Assembly (NCBI GenBank): GCA_030587475.2
Contig: JAUQYZ020000146.1
Span: 1 to 46,275, forward strand
Length of the DNA: 46,275 nt
Source: Candidatus Sigynarchaeum calidifontis
Lineage (GTDB): Archaea; Asgardarchaeota; Lokiarchaeia; Sigyniarchaeales; Sigyniarchaeaceae
Reading direction: 5' to 3'
The position numbers and the translations under genes were made by a program. Below, in pieces: positions 27,689-37,624 of this stretch. Numbering within the stretch: the stretch's first letter is position 1; every line of letters begins with the position of its first letter. The notes beneath the pieces are model-generated. The model made no database searches, was not told the origin of the DNA, and saw only the letters and a list, made by a program, of their open reading frames with translations.

Positions 27689-27855
27689 CTTGAACCACTC
27701 GGATGATGTCTATTCTTTTTAACGAGGTCTATCGATATAATCTTGACCGAGGTTATGCATCTATGCTTATGGGTGCCAAAGCAATAGATTTTTAACGCGT
27801 AAAAGGATATTTTACGTAAGTCACCCTTCCCAACACCATCGAGTTGAAATGAAAA

Positions 27856-28311
27856 ATGCCCGACGAGTTCAACTTTGATGACATTGACAAGATGCTGGCA
27901 CCCATCGACAAGGAAGCGAACAAAGCAGAAATGATCGCGAAACTTAACGCGGCATTTGCAAGTGGCGCAACCCCCTTCATTGATTACACCCAGAGCTATG
28001 TCTATCTTGTTTTTCCAACACCGGATGGCAAGGAATGGAACGAACTCTCGTTCATCCGCGAGGATGGAAATTTAACCAAGTCAAAACAGGATCCGGAAAC
28101 GGCGGTTCATGATATCAAGGAAGAAATTGTCCGTGGCTTGTCAGAAGTTACCGATATAAACGTGAACCAGATCACCAGCATTGCTACGACTTATGCCAAG
28201 GATCCCAAATCGTTCATCGCCGAGATGATCAAGATCCTTCCCCCGAGCGCCCCGGTGCTGCGCAGCCAGGCCGATCTCCCGAAAGTCATCGACATGGTAA
28301 AAAGCGCATAA
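27856..28311 (+). CDS. Hypothetical protein
   Basis: 151-aa ATG ORF with globular composition, divergent from the 710-aa gene and followed by a T-rich tract. Confidence 0.7.
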   Translation: MPDEFNFDDIDKMLAPIDKEANKAEMIAKLNAAFASGATPFIDYTQSYVYLVFPTPDGKEWNELSFIREDGNLTKSKQDPETAVHDIKEEIVRGLSEVTDINVNQITSIATTYAKDPKSFIAEMIKILPPSAPVLRSQADLPKVIDMVKSA

Positions 28312-28354
28312 TTCGCATTTCACGGACTTTTTATCCCTTTATTTCGTCATATAC

Positions 28355-28861
28355 GTGATGCCATCGTGGTGGCAAAAACGAGTGGAGTTTGAAGCAACAA
28401 TGGTCGAGATAGAACCGATCGATGCACAGTTTAGGAAAATCAAGCGTCGCTTCGACGAGGACCCGAAAGACTGGCGTGTCCTCTCGGATATCGACCCGCG
28501 AGGCAATAAAGACATGTTCATCAGCCAGCGGGAAGATCTCTGGCAGATCAAGACCAAGCCCTTAAGCCCCATCACGGGTATCGCCCGGTCGTGTCATATA
28601 CGCAATTTAGACGAGGAAATCCAGCGTGAGATTCGCGCGCGAGGCATGGACGGGGAAAAATACCTTTTTTCCATGATGATCCCGCAATCGCGTAACGAGG
28701 CTTTGTTCGCGACCGGCATCGAGAGTTTTGCCAACTCGAAATCAAAAAGGCTCAAGGAAATGTTAAGCGAGAAGGAAAAGCATCTCGAAAAAGACCTCGC
28801 GGACGACGTGGAAAAAACCTTCGAGAAACAGCAAGCTCAGCGGCGCAATCTATTCATTTAA
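28355..28861 (+). CDS. Hypothetical protein
   Basis: 168-aa ORF co-oriented with its neighbours (DPKDWRVLSD...LWQIKTKP). The start may be the later ATG (MVEIEP). Confidence 0.7.
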   Translation: MMPSWWQKRVEFEATMVEIEPIDAQFRKIKRRFDEDPKDWRVLSDIDPRGNKDMFISQREDLWQIKTKPLSPITGIARSCHIRNLDEEIQREIRARGMDGEKYLFSMMIPQSRNEALFATGIESFANSKSKRLKEMLSEKEKHLEKDLADDVEKTFEKQQAQRRNLFI

Positions 28862-28918
28862 AACATTTATTCGTTCTCCCAAGATTTAAATCGCCTCGGT
28901 CGCCATTGATAGTCGCAC

Positions 28919-30835
28919 ATGAGGCCGTTCAACGTTGCAACGTGGCGGGAGGATTTCAAGGACCGGGAAATCCAACCGGACCAGCTCGATCGGATCGTGA
29001 CGCCAGGCGCCCGCTTGTTTTTGGGTAGCGGATGCTCCGAGCCTGTTCTCTTGACGAACCAACTCGTCAAGGAAAACTGGAAATACCCGGATGTACAAGT
29101 GTTGCACTTCTTTTCCTTGTCAAACCAGAAATTTTTCAACAAGCAAAATCCTACCAGCTTTCGCCACGTCAGCATGTCGATGATCGGCTCGCCCGAGCTG
29201 CGTCAAGCCATCCACGAGGGCTTGGCTGATTTCGCCCCGATAAGCACCGCGGAGATCCCGCGCATGATCACGGAGCAGAAGATCCCCGTCGACGTTGCCT
29301 TGATCCAGGTGGCCCCGCCAGGCCGCAATGGCTTTTGTTCCCTCGGCATCAACGTCGACATCAACCAGGCCATCATGAAAACGGCCAAGACGGTCGTGGC
29401 GCACGTGAACCCGTCGATGCCGAGAACGCTCGGGAACTCGTTCGTGAAATTCCAGGATCTCGATTATTTCGTTTACAAGGATCACCCGTTGCTCGAGATA
29501 CCGCCGTTCCAGCCGGATGACGTGCACGGGAAAGTGGCACGCAACGTTTCCCGCCTCATCGAGAACGGCTCGACTATAAACATGGGCACGGGCAAGACTT
29601 GCTATTTCTTGCCGAAGTACTTGCACGACAAGAAAGACCTTGCCTTGTATGGAGAAGTATTTCCAGAGACCATCGTGGATCTCATTAACAATGGCATCGT
29701 GAATTGTGCTTTAAACTATTATCCAAATATCATAACTTCATTTATCATTGGAACACGGAAATTTTATGATTATGTGCACGAAAACCCGTTTTTCAACTTT
29801 CAACCGACGGAGTTCATTCTCAACATCGAGAATATCATGAAAAACCGCAAGCTCTGCTCGGTGTATGGCGCGCTGGCGGTTGACTTGCTGGGGCAGGCAT
29901 CGAACCACCTTGGCACGAACCTGGTTAGTGGAACCGGCGGGGAACCAGAATTCATGCGCGGCGCGGCGTTGTCACGCGGCGGGAAGGCGATCGTTGCCCT
30001 CCCAAGCACGACTGCCGACGGCAAGACACGCATCGTCCCGTTCCTCCCGCCAGGGCCAATTGGTCTCCGCGACATCGACGTGCACTACGTGGTCACCGAG
30101 TGGGGCATCGCTTTCTTGCATGGCAAGACGATCCGGGATCGCGTGCTCCAGATGATCTCCATCGCCGCTCCAGAGCACCGGGCTTGGCTGCTTGAAAAGG
30201 CAAAGGAACTCAATTACGTCTTCAAGGACCAGATCCTGCCTGCGACAGCTGATGGCGTCGCCGTGATCTGCCCCGATATCGGCTGGACATACATGACGAA
30301 GGATAAAGGCCCCATCAATTTCAGGCCGGTCAAGCCAACTGACGAGCGCTTGCTCCAGGAATTATATTATGGCCTCTCCGAGAAGGATCGCATGCATCGG
30401 TTCTTGTCGCACCGGAAGGTGTTTTCGCACGAGGACATCCAGGCGCGCATGGCGTGCGACTACCAGACCCGCATGTTGATCGTCGGCACGACCGGCACGG
30501 AGCAAGACTTGCGCGTGGTGGCCGAGGGGGCCTATTATCTCGAGCCCCACACGAACCACGCAGAGATCAGCGTCACTGTGGACTCGAACATGCGTGGACA
30601 AGGCCTGGCATACCATATCTTCGAGAAAATGATCGAGCTCGCCATGGAACGTGGCATTGGCGGTTTCTTTGGCGAGATAACGTCTGATAACACGGCGATC
30701 TTCAAGATACTCAATAAATTACCGTACAAGGTCGTTTTCAAGCAACACGAGGAAACTTTTGAGTTCTCGTTCAATTTTTCGGACGTGAAAAGTGAAAAGG
30801 GTGATGTTGGCCACAAATACAGGCACGACATCTGA
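28919..30835 (+). CDS. Acetyl-CoA hydrolase/4-hydroxybutyrate CoA-transferase family protein fused to a C-terminal GNAT domain
   Basis: LGSGCSEP, DVALIQVAPP..GFCSLGINVD, VNPSMPRTLG, SGTGG..FMRGAALSRGGK, VHYVVTEWGIA. GNAT part: FRPVKPTDE...RF...AEISVTVDSNMRGQGLA. Confidence 0.9.
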   Translation: MRPFNVATWREDFKDREIQPDQLDRIVTPGARLFLGSGCSEPVLLTNQLVKENWKYPDVQVLHFFSLSNQKFFNKQNPTSFRHVSMSMIGSPELRQAIHEGLADFAPISTAEIPRMITEQKIPVDVALIQVAPPGRNGFCSLGINVDINQAIMKTAKTVVAHVNPSMPRTLGNSFVKFQDLDYFVYKDHPLLEIPPFQPDDVHGKVARNVSRLIENGSTINMGTGKTCYFLPKYLHDKKDLALYGEVFPETIVDLINNGIVNCALNYYPNIITSFIIGTRKFYDYVHENPFFNFQPTEFILNIENIMKNRKLCSVYGALAVDLLGQASNHLGTNLVSGTGGEPEFMRGAALSRGGKAIVALPSTTADGKTRIVPFLPPGPIGLRDIDVHYVVTEWGIAFLHGKTIRDRVLQMISIAAPEHRAWLLEKAKELNYVFKDQILPATADGVAVICPDIGWTYMTKDKGPINFRPVKPTDERLLQELYYGLSEKDRMHRFLSHRKVFSHEDIQARMACDYQTRMLIVGTTGTEQDLRVVAEGAYYLEPHTNHAEISVTVDSNMRGQGLAYHIFEKMIELAMERGIGGFFGEITSDNTAIFKILNKLPYKVVFKQHEETFEFSFNFSDVKSEKGDVGHKYRHDI

Positions 30836-30934
30836 TCCATGGCTCGATATGGTAATGTCATTTGCCAGATGGACGGGGGGTGGGTCGCGTCATGCGTCAA
30901 TTTTCTTAAGTCGATGGGTGTCATCTAATTCATC

Positions 30935-32911
30935 GTGGCATCGACGAAGAAAACGGCGGGGCACCCGAATGCTGCGTGCAGCCAAGGCGCATTCATCCGG
31001 ATGAGCGCGGTTGCCAACATGCTAGTCTGGGGCGCGCTGGTAGGGCAATACCTCTACTATATCCTGGCGTCCGGTGCCTTGTTCATTGCCGTTGTCGGCG
31101 AGTTCTTCATCGTGTGTCTCGGGGTGTTGCTTTCCTACGGAACCTTTGCCCTCTCGAGGAAAAACTCGCTCTTCTTGCGGATCCTGGCGATATCCATTCA
31201 ACTAGTATTTTCCCTTGTCTATACCATCCTCGTGGCATTTATCAATGGTCCCTTCACTGTACCATTGTTCATTGCCGAGGTGGGGCTCGCGGCACTCAAT
31301 TTCGTCGCGCTTGTCGACCACCTCGGGGGAATTAAGAGATTAATGACCGGCCAATGCCGTCTCGGTAGGCCAGGGCCGACACGCAAGGAAAAGGCCACGC
31401 CGGCCATTGTTGTTGCCGTCGTGGTAGCCCTCGGTGTCGCATCATCAAATTCATTCTGGATGACCATCCCGATACGTGCACCCGATGGCGCGACGACCAC
31501 GAGCAGTTTCTGGGGCGGCCCGGACCTGGTAATTACCACGGCCTTGGTTGATGTGCTGCCCGTGGACAACTGGACGCTGCATATCGCGCCGGCGGACCTG
31601 CCGTCGCCACCCCCGAGTTACGGAAACGGGTCGCTGTGTTACATATTGCACGTCTACCAGGGTGGGAACATCACGAAGGATTACATGAACTACACGAACG
31701 GCGCTCGATCGTACCCCAACGGGACCATCATACTCGCCGATCCGTTGCCATCGATGATAGAAGCCGTGAACGTTAATTTTTCCTACGTGGAAAATTGGCG
31801 GGTCTTGCAAATGCTGGGTTCTACGAACGCGACGGTCATCGTGAACTGGTTCGGATCCTATGTCGATGATCCAAACCCGTTCCACCATATCCGAGACACG
31901 TATTTTTGCCAACTCTTCGATTATTGGCACGTCAAATTTTTCATCCAAGTCCATGCATTCGGGGAATTCTCCAACGTGTTTAATTATCTGAATGTCGTGC
32001 CACGAGCAATCCGGGCGCTGGACTGGGGGGTGCAGTGGCAGCAGTTCCGGGGGGTGTGTTTCGATTGCGAGCAGGAAAGTTATCCGATGGCCGCGGGTAG
32101 CCAGCCGGGGTCGCCGCCATTGTTCCCGGGAACGCTCATCCCCGACGCGTGGGGGAGCTGGCGCCAGACGTGGTACTGGATGAACAACGTGAACGAGACC
32201 ATGTTCGCGCAAGCAAGGGCGGCCTACGAGGGCTGCTATCGGCACGCGCTGGCTCTCGGGAAAGAAGTCGAGATCGTGCTGGGACCGAGCGATTTGAGCG
32301 AGTATGTCGACGATGACGAGGATTACCACTCGAACCCGGCGATTCCCTTCACGACCATGCCGAACGTTCGATACGCGCAGATGTCCTACCATGACAATGA
32401 CCCGAGCGGGCAATTCGCGCTGTACCGCGACTGCGTGGAGCAGCTGCGCCAGCTCGGGGACCGGGGCTCGGGCATCTTGACCGGCTGGATCCATAACGAT
32501 GCGAAATACTACACGCCGGACGAGGCCGGCTTCCAGCGCTACGTGGACGATTGTCTCATCGCGCAAGCGACGGGCATAACCGAAATTTTCCACGCGCCGC
32601 TCTACAACATTCAGCACGAGTGGGGGGACGATGCAATCACGCGGTTGCACGATGCACTCAACAATGCCGAGAAAAAAGCGATCACGATCAAGGTTGTCCA
32701 GTTCACGAACTATTTTTTTTGGGATTTTTGGAAAAATTTCAACAAGCCAGGGCTGTTTATTTTCGTACTTTGCGCGTTCGCGTTCGGCATCGTGATCGAA
32801 GCCCGTTCCGTGAAGAAACCAGGAAATGCGAGCTACAAAAGGAATGGAGAGAAAAACCAACTAAAAATAACCCGCACCGGGAATGTGCCGGTAACGAACT
32901 TGTCGTTGTAA
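30935..32911 (+). CDS. Multi-pass membrane protein with a large extracytoplasmic glycoside-hydrolase-like (TIM barrel) domain
   Basis: About 5 N-terminal TM helices, an aromatic-rich soluble domain with FRGVCFDCE, several N-x-S/T sequons and one C-terminal TM helix. Confidence 0.65.
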   Translation: MASTKKTAGHPNAACSQGAFIRMSAVANMLVWGALVGQYLYYILASGALFIAVVGEFFIVCLGVLLSYGTFALSRKNSLFLRILAISIQLVFSLVYTILVAFINGPFTVPLFIAEVGLAALNFVALVDHLGGIKRLMTGQCRLGRPGPTRKEKATPAIVVAVVVALGVASSNSFWMTIPIRAPDGATTTSSFWGGPDLVITTALVDVLPVDNWTLHIAPADLPSPPPSYGNGSLCYILHVYQGGNITKDYMNYTNGARSYPNGTIILADPLPSMIEAVNVNFSYVENWRVLQMLGSTNATVIVNWFGSYVDDPNPFHHIRDTYFCQLFDYWHVKFFIQVHAFGEFSNVFNYLNVVPRAIRALDWGVQWQQFRGVCFDCEQESYPMAAGSQPGSPPLFPGTLIPDAWGSWRQTWYWMNNVNETMFAQARAAYEGCYRHALALGKEVEIVLGPSDLSEYVDDDEDYHSNPAIPFTTMPNVRYAQMSYHDNDPSGQFALYRDCVEQLRQLGDRGSGILTGWIHNDAKYYTPDEAGFQRYVDDCLIAQATGITEIFHAPLYNIQHEWGDDAITRLHDALNNAEKKAITIKVVQFTNYFFWDFWKNFNKPGLFIFVLCAFAFGIVIEARSVKKPGNASYKRNGEKNQLKITRTGNVPVTNLSL

Positions 32912-33195
32912 CAGAGAATTCGTGTGCACGCGGGTTCTCGCCATATTCTCATGAATCGGAAGGATAGGGAATCTTAGCAACAAAGAACTCGTGCGTTAAT
33001 AATGCCTAGACCTTCGAGCCACGTTTTAAATATCGCAAACCCATGTTCACGGACAAGTCATGCCAACTGGAATCGAGCGCGGGATGCTCGTCGAATTCCC
33101 TCGTTCTGGATGGCGCGGGTGGCCGATTCTATTTTCAGTCGGGCGCTCGCATTTACTCAACGAAACAATTGAATAAATCAATCCGTGAGTGCATC

Positions 33196-33957
33196 ATGTC
33201 TGCCACGTTCAAAACATTGTTGAAAGGTATACTCAACGCCTCCATGTTCGACGCGTTCGTTGGTAACTACCGTACAACCATGGCCAACTTTAATTTGCTC
33301 GAAAATGCGGAGGATGCATTTTATTGGACGTTCCATGCACAAGTTCGAACGCTCTTCAACACGTATTTCAAGCTTACCGTAAAAGGCGAGGAAAATATAC
33401 CCATGAAAGGGCCTGTTATCTTTGCACCGAACCACTCTTCCTTCCTCGACCCGATCGTCGTTTCCGCTAGTGCGAGTTTTTGGCAAATTCACTGGCTCGG
33501 CAAGTTCGAGCATTTTGTCGAAGACCCCATCGTCAAGAGCATTTTTTCCATGTGGTCAGCGATCCCGATCCAGCGGGGCAAGAGCGACAAGGCCGCGCTC
33601 GACAAGGCCATCGCTATCCTTAAATCGGGGAAACCGGGTCACTGCATCGGGATCTTCCCTGAAGGCACGCGTTCGCTCGACGGCCACATCGGTAAACTGC
33701 ACAACGGCGCGGCCAAGCTCGCCGTCACCTCGGGCGCGACCGTCATTCCCGTCGGGATGGTGGGCATGATCCGTGCCTTGAAAAAGGGTTCTATGCTTCC
33801 CAAGCCGGTACCGGTGGATCTAGAGTTCGGGAGACCGATTTACACGGACCACATCAAGGGCAAGCAAGATGATTGGGGGCTCGTGACCGACGTGACCAAG
33901 CAGATCGAGGCAGAGCTCAAGCGCATGGTTGGCGACCGCAACGTCATTAACAATTGA
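33196..33957 (+). CDS. Lysophospholipid (1-acyl-G3P) acyltransferase family protein, PlsC-like
   Basis: Block I PNHSSFLD, block III IFPEGTRS, PIQRG and VIPVG. The ORF extends to 33043, but ATG 33196 is preferred. Confidence 0.9.
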   Translation: MSATFKTLLKGILNASMFDAFVGNYRTTMANFNLLENAEDAFYWTFHAQVRTLFNTYFKLTVKGEENIPMKGPVIFAPNHSSFLDPIVVSASASFWQIHWLGKFEHFVEDPIVKSIFSMWSAIPIQRGKSDKAALDKAIAILKSGKPGHCIGIFPEGTRSLDGHIGKLHNGAAKLAVTSGATVIPVGMVGMIRALKKGSMLPKPVPVDLEFGRPIYTDHIKGKQDDWGLVTDVTKQIEAELKRMVGDRNVINN

Positions 33958-34018
33958 AAGCCTCCTTTTTTCCTGACCTTTCATTGCTCGAAAGCAATAA
34001 CGGAATGTTGATGGCATC

Positions 34019-34759
34019 ATGGAACAGAATCCAGAAAAGCCGGCCAGCAGCCGCGTCGTCTCGTCGCAAACATTATCCTCGTTGATCGACGAGAGCTTGT
34101 ATTCCATGTACAAGATCATCGAAGCGGTTGGATTGGGTGCCGCTTTCAAGCGAAGTTCGTGGAACATCGGCACGGGTGCCTTGAAGGAGGTTCTCAAGAA
34201 CATCTTCAACCTCAAGGTGCACGGCAGGGAAAACATCCCCGCGACCGGGGCCGCGATCACGTGCGTGAAATCGTCCTCGGGGGCATACCCGTTCCTCGCG
34301 TGGGTCGCTGCCGCCGAGTCGCAGAACCGCATCCTCCACCAGGCATTCGACATCGAGTTTTTCAAGATCATCGGGCTCCGTTCGGTGCTCAACTGGCTCG
34401 ACAGCATCGAAATTAAGGAAGGCGGTATCATCGGGCCTGAAAAGGAACTTATAAAAAAATATCTTGCTGACAACGAGCTAATCGGCTTGTCCGTGGAGAA
34501 TGTCAAGAAGTCCGGCGATAAAGAGGAAGCCGTCCTCTCGATCGAAATGATCGAGATAGCCAGGGATGCCGGCGTTCCGATCATTCCTATCCAGATCTCG
34601 AACGCCGAAGGCGTGGTCGATGCCAAGGCTCGTAAGATTTTGCTCAACAAGAAGATCTCGATCACGATTCTCGCGCCTTACGCGAAGCATCTCGACAAGA
34701 ATAGCTCGGTGAAAGACTGCCTCGTCGAGCTACGCGAGCTGGTCACGCCAAAAGAATAG
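34019..34759 (+). CDS. Degenerate PlsC-like paralogue lacking catalytic motifs
   Basis: Shares FNLKVHGRENIP..G and AGVPIIPI with PlsC. NHxxxxD is replaced by VKSSSGAY and FPEGTR by SVENVK. Confidence 0.7.
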   Translation: MEQNPEKPASSRVVSSQTLSSLIDESLYSMYKIIEAVGLGAAFKRSSWNIGTGALKEVLKNIFNLKVHGRENIPATGAAITCVKSSSGAYPFLAWVAAAESQNRILHQAFDIEFFKIIGLRSVLNWLDSIEIKEGGIIGPEKELIKKYLADNELIGLSVENVKKSGDKEEAVLSIEMIEIARDAGVPIIPIQISNAEGVVDAKARKILLNKKISITILAPYAKHLDKNSSVKDCLVELRELVTPKE

Positions 34760-34815
34760 GGATCGGGCTCCTCTCTTCTTTACTATAATCCCGTGCCAAG
34801 ATTGAAAACGAGCAT

Positions 34816-35478
34816 CTAACTTGAGCCGAACATTACCTTGCCACGTTGCAAGCCGAGCTTGAGAGCGGCGATGTTTGTATCTGCGTCACGCATCTCCCGG
34901 CGGATGACTGTCTCGCACGTTTCCACCGTGAAATCGAGAATGCCCGCCGCAAGCGCGAAGCCAAACATGACCATGTTCATCTTCTGTGCATCGTCCAGCT
35001 CTGCGATGGCGAGCTCCGTCGCGTTTAAAAAACGCACCTTGCGTGTTTCACCGCTGTATCCGGCGAGTATCGCCTTGATCTCGTCCAGGGCCGGATAGAT
35101 CTCCTTGCCAGCAGTCACCATGATGGGCGGGATCGTGCGATCGTTCACGACGAACGTGGTCTTGTCCGAGGCGAATTGTCCCGCGTTGCGCAGCACTTCG
35201 ATGGGTTCTAAGCCGATGACGAGATCCGCGTCGCCATAGCAGATGATCGGGGAGAAGATGTTCTCCCGGAAGTTTGGCGATTTTTTTCGCTGCAACCGGC
35301 AATGGCTGGATATCGCGCCCTCGCGCTGAGCGAGACCATGCATTTCTGAACCGAATATTCCCTCGTATCCCGCCTCCGCGGCGATGAATTCAACGAGCCG
35401 CTTGAGCGTGATCACGCCTTGCCCCGCCGTGCCGACGATCACGACGTTGACGATGCAAGTGTCGCCCTGGTCGCTCAT
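34816..35478 (-). CDS. iorB: Indolepyruvate:ferredoxin oxidoreductase subunit beta
   Basis: GTAGQGVIT, SEMHGLAQREGAISSH, ADLVIGLEPIEVLR, NMVMFG. Coupled to iorA by a 1-nt stop/start overlap. Confidence 0.9.
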   Translation of the reverse strand: MSDQGDTCIVNVVIVGTAGQGVITLKRLVEFIAAEAGYEGIFGSEMHGLAQREGAISSHCRLQRKKSPNFRENIFSPIICYGDADLVIGLEPIEVLRNAGQFASDKTTFVVNDRTIPPIMVTAGKEIYPALDEIKAILAGYSGETRKVRFLNATELAIAELDDAQKMNMVMFGFALAAGILDFTVETCETVIRREMRDADTNIAALKLGLQRGKVMFGSS

Positions 35479-37442
35479 TACCCCTCGATCCTCCGCAGTT
35501 GCAATTTCGTATCCAGGTGGGGATTGACCGTCGTCTTCTTGACCCGGTTATGGGGGCAGATCTGCTTGCAAACCGAGCAGGAACTGCAACGGTCGTCATC
35601 GATTTTCATTACCGTCATGCCCGTGAGCTCGTCGGTCGTCCGTCGCATGGCCGGGCAGGAGAGCATCTCCGTGCACTTCTCGCATAGCACGCAGTTATAT
35701 ACCTGGTACGCGTCGTGCGCGTATTGCTCGTTGCTGGACTTCAGTTTGCGTCGCTCGGCATCGTAGGCACGCTTGGCCATGAGCGCGCATTCCCGCTGGC
35801 AAATGATGACTTTCAAGCCGTCTTGCTTGAGCCCGTCTTGTATCGCACGGACGGTCTTCTCGACATCGAACGGGTCGACGGTCTTTATCCACTTCACGCC
35901 CATCGATGACACGAGCGGCTCGAACGAGATTTTTCCCTTGCCGACGGGGGGCTGGTGACCGGTCATGGCCACCCATCGGTTGTCGAAGACGATGAGGAGC
36001 ACGTTGGCGTCGTTGGCAATGGCATCGGCGAGGACAGGTAGCCCCGTGTGCATCAAGGTCGAGTCGCCGATCAAGGCGATGATCTTGTCATTCGTTTTTT
36101 TGGACAGCCCGATCGCCGCGCTCAAGCCGCCCGACATGCATATGATGAAATCTGACATCTTGAGGGGCGGGTTGATCAGCATCACGTAGCAACCGATGTC
36201 GCCGGCGATGATCGTCTTCGGATCGGTCAAGTCCTTCGTCGCCTTCTTGATCGCCATGCCCATCGCCCGCTCGGGGCAACCGGGGCAGAAGGTCGGGTAA
36301 CGGGAGGGAATCTTGGCCTTGTAGGAGTTGAACATGTCCTGGGATCTCTGGACGCGTGCGCTCGGTGCCTTCCCCGTGAGCTTCGCAATGCAGCTCGCGA
36401 CGAGCCCGGTGGAAAACTCGTTGAACCTCGGGAACACATCACTACCAACGATGGATGCGGTTATCCGGTGTTTTTGCGCGATGGCCCGGATGTCCATCTC
36501 CAAGAAAGGTTCCAGCTCCTCCACGATGATCACTTGATCGAGATCTTTCATGAAGGACACTATCTCATCCTCGTTGAGGGGATAGGTGAGGCCGAGCTTC
36601 AGCACGGGCACGTCGTCGAGCCCGAGCTGGTGCAGCGCTTCCATGGAATAGCCGAAGGGAATCCCGTAGGAAACCAGCCCGGTCTTCGCATCGCCCGGGA
36701 AGACCTTGTTCAAGTTAAACGTCGGGGCATCCCTCGTGAACGCGTTGATGCGCTCGTAAAGGCGGACGTGGTTGTTTATCGCGTACGGCGGGAGCGAGCA
36801 ATACTTGCTCGTGCTCCTCGCGAACTCGCCCTTGGGTCTCGGCGGGAGCTTGAAATCCCCGATCTCGACCATGCCGCGCGAATGCGCGCTGCGGGTCGAC
36901 GTGCGGAAGTAGATCGGGAGGTCGTACTTCTCGGACAAGTCGAACGCGATCTTTATCCAGTCGTGGCATTCTTGCGGGGAATGCGGCTCGATCATGGGCG
37001 TGTGGTGCATCCACGTGAAGAATCGCTCGTTTTGCTCGTGGTGGCTCCCCAGGGAACCAGGATCCGAGCCAACGACGAGCACGAGCGCACCCGGATTGGG
37101 TCCAGCGAGGCTGACCGAGTGGAGCGCGTCGGACGCCACGTTCATACCGACATGTTTCATTGGGTTAAGAGCTCGAATGCCAGCCCACGCTGCACCTGCA
37201 CAACTAGACGTGGCGACGGCTTCATTGACGGACCAATGATGCACGATGTATTCTTGCAACTCTGGTTGCTGTTCTAAAATATCCTTGAAGGTTTCCCCGA
37301 TATCACTGGTGGGCGTGCCCGGATATTGCGCGACGAAGCCCACGCCGGCCTCGAGGCACCCCCGAACGAGCGCTTCGTTGCCGAGGAACAGATATCGTTC
37401 CCCACTCCTTGCTTGAGGGGTAAACCGGATATCGATCGCCAT
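35478..37442 (-). CDS. iorA: Indolepyruvate:ferredoxin oxidoreductase subunit alpha
   Basis: LGNEA..RG..EAGV...YPGTP, MKHVGMNVASD, PTFCPGCP, GDIGCY, TPP motif GDST..H.G...DN..AMTGHQ, C-terminal ferredoxin Cys motifs. Confidence 0.95.
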   Translation of the reverse strand: MAIDIRFTPQARSGERYLFLGNEALVRGCLEAGVGFVAQYPGTPTSDIGETFKDILEQQPELQEYIVHHWSVNEAVATSSCAGAAWAGIRALNPMKHVGMNVASDALHSVSLAGPNPGALVLVVGSDPGSLGSHHEQNERFFTWMHHTPMIEPHSPQECHDWIKIAFDLSEKYDLPIYFRTSTRSAHSRGMVEIGDFKLPPRPKGEFARSTSKYCSLPPYAINNHVRLYERINAFTRDAPTFNLNKVFPGDAKTGLVSYGIPFGYSMEALHQLGLDDVPVLKLGLTYPLNEDEIVSFMKDLDQVIIVEELEPFLEMDIRAIAQKHRITASIVGSDVFPRFNEFSTGLVASCIAKLTGKAPSARVQRSQDMFNSYKAKIPSRYPTFCPGCPERAMGMAIKKATKDLTDPKTIIAGDIGCYVMLINPPLKMSDFIICMSGGLSAAIGLSKKTNDKIIALIGDSTLMHTGLPVLADAIANDANVLLIVFDNRWVAMTGHQPPVGKGKISFEPLVSSMGVKWIKTVDPFDVEKTVRAIQDGLKQDGLKVIICQRECALMAKRAYDAERRKLKSSNEQYAHDAYQVYNCVLCEKCTEMLSCPAMRRTTDELTGMTVMKIDDDRCSSCSVCKQICPHNRVKKTTVNPHLDTKLQLRRIEG

Positions 37443-37624
37443 GCTAGTCTTTCTCTCTGGTTATCGTGAATCTTAAGTTCCCGACGGCATAAAAGATTCC
37501 ACGTGGGCGATAATTCGGGAAGGAGGAATGTAAAGTAAGATAAGCTCGACGTGGTAAATTCATCGATGAATCTCATGGTTACACGAATATCAAGCGTGCA
37601 GTCGAGGTACTCGAGGGGCTGGTT

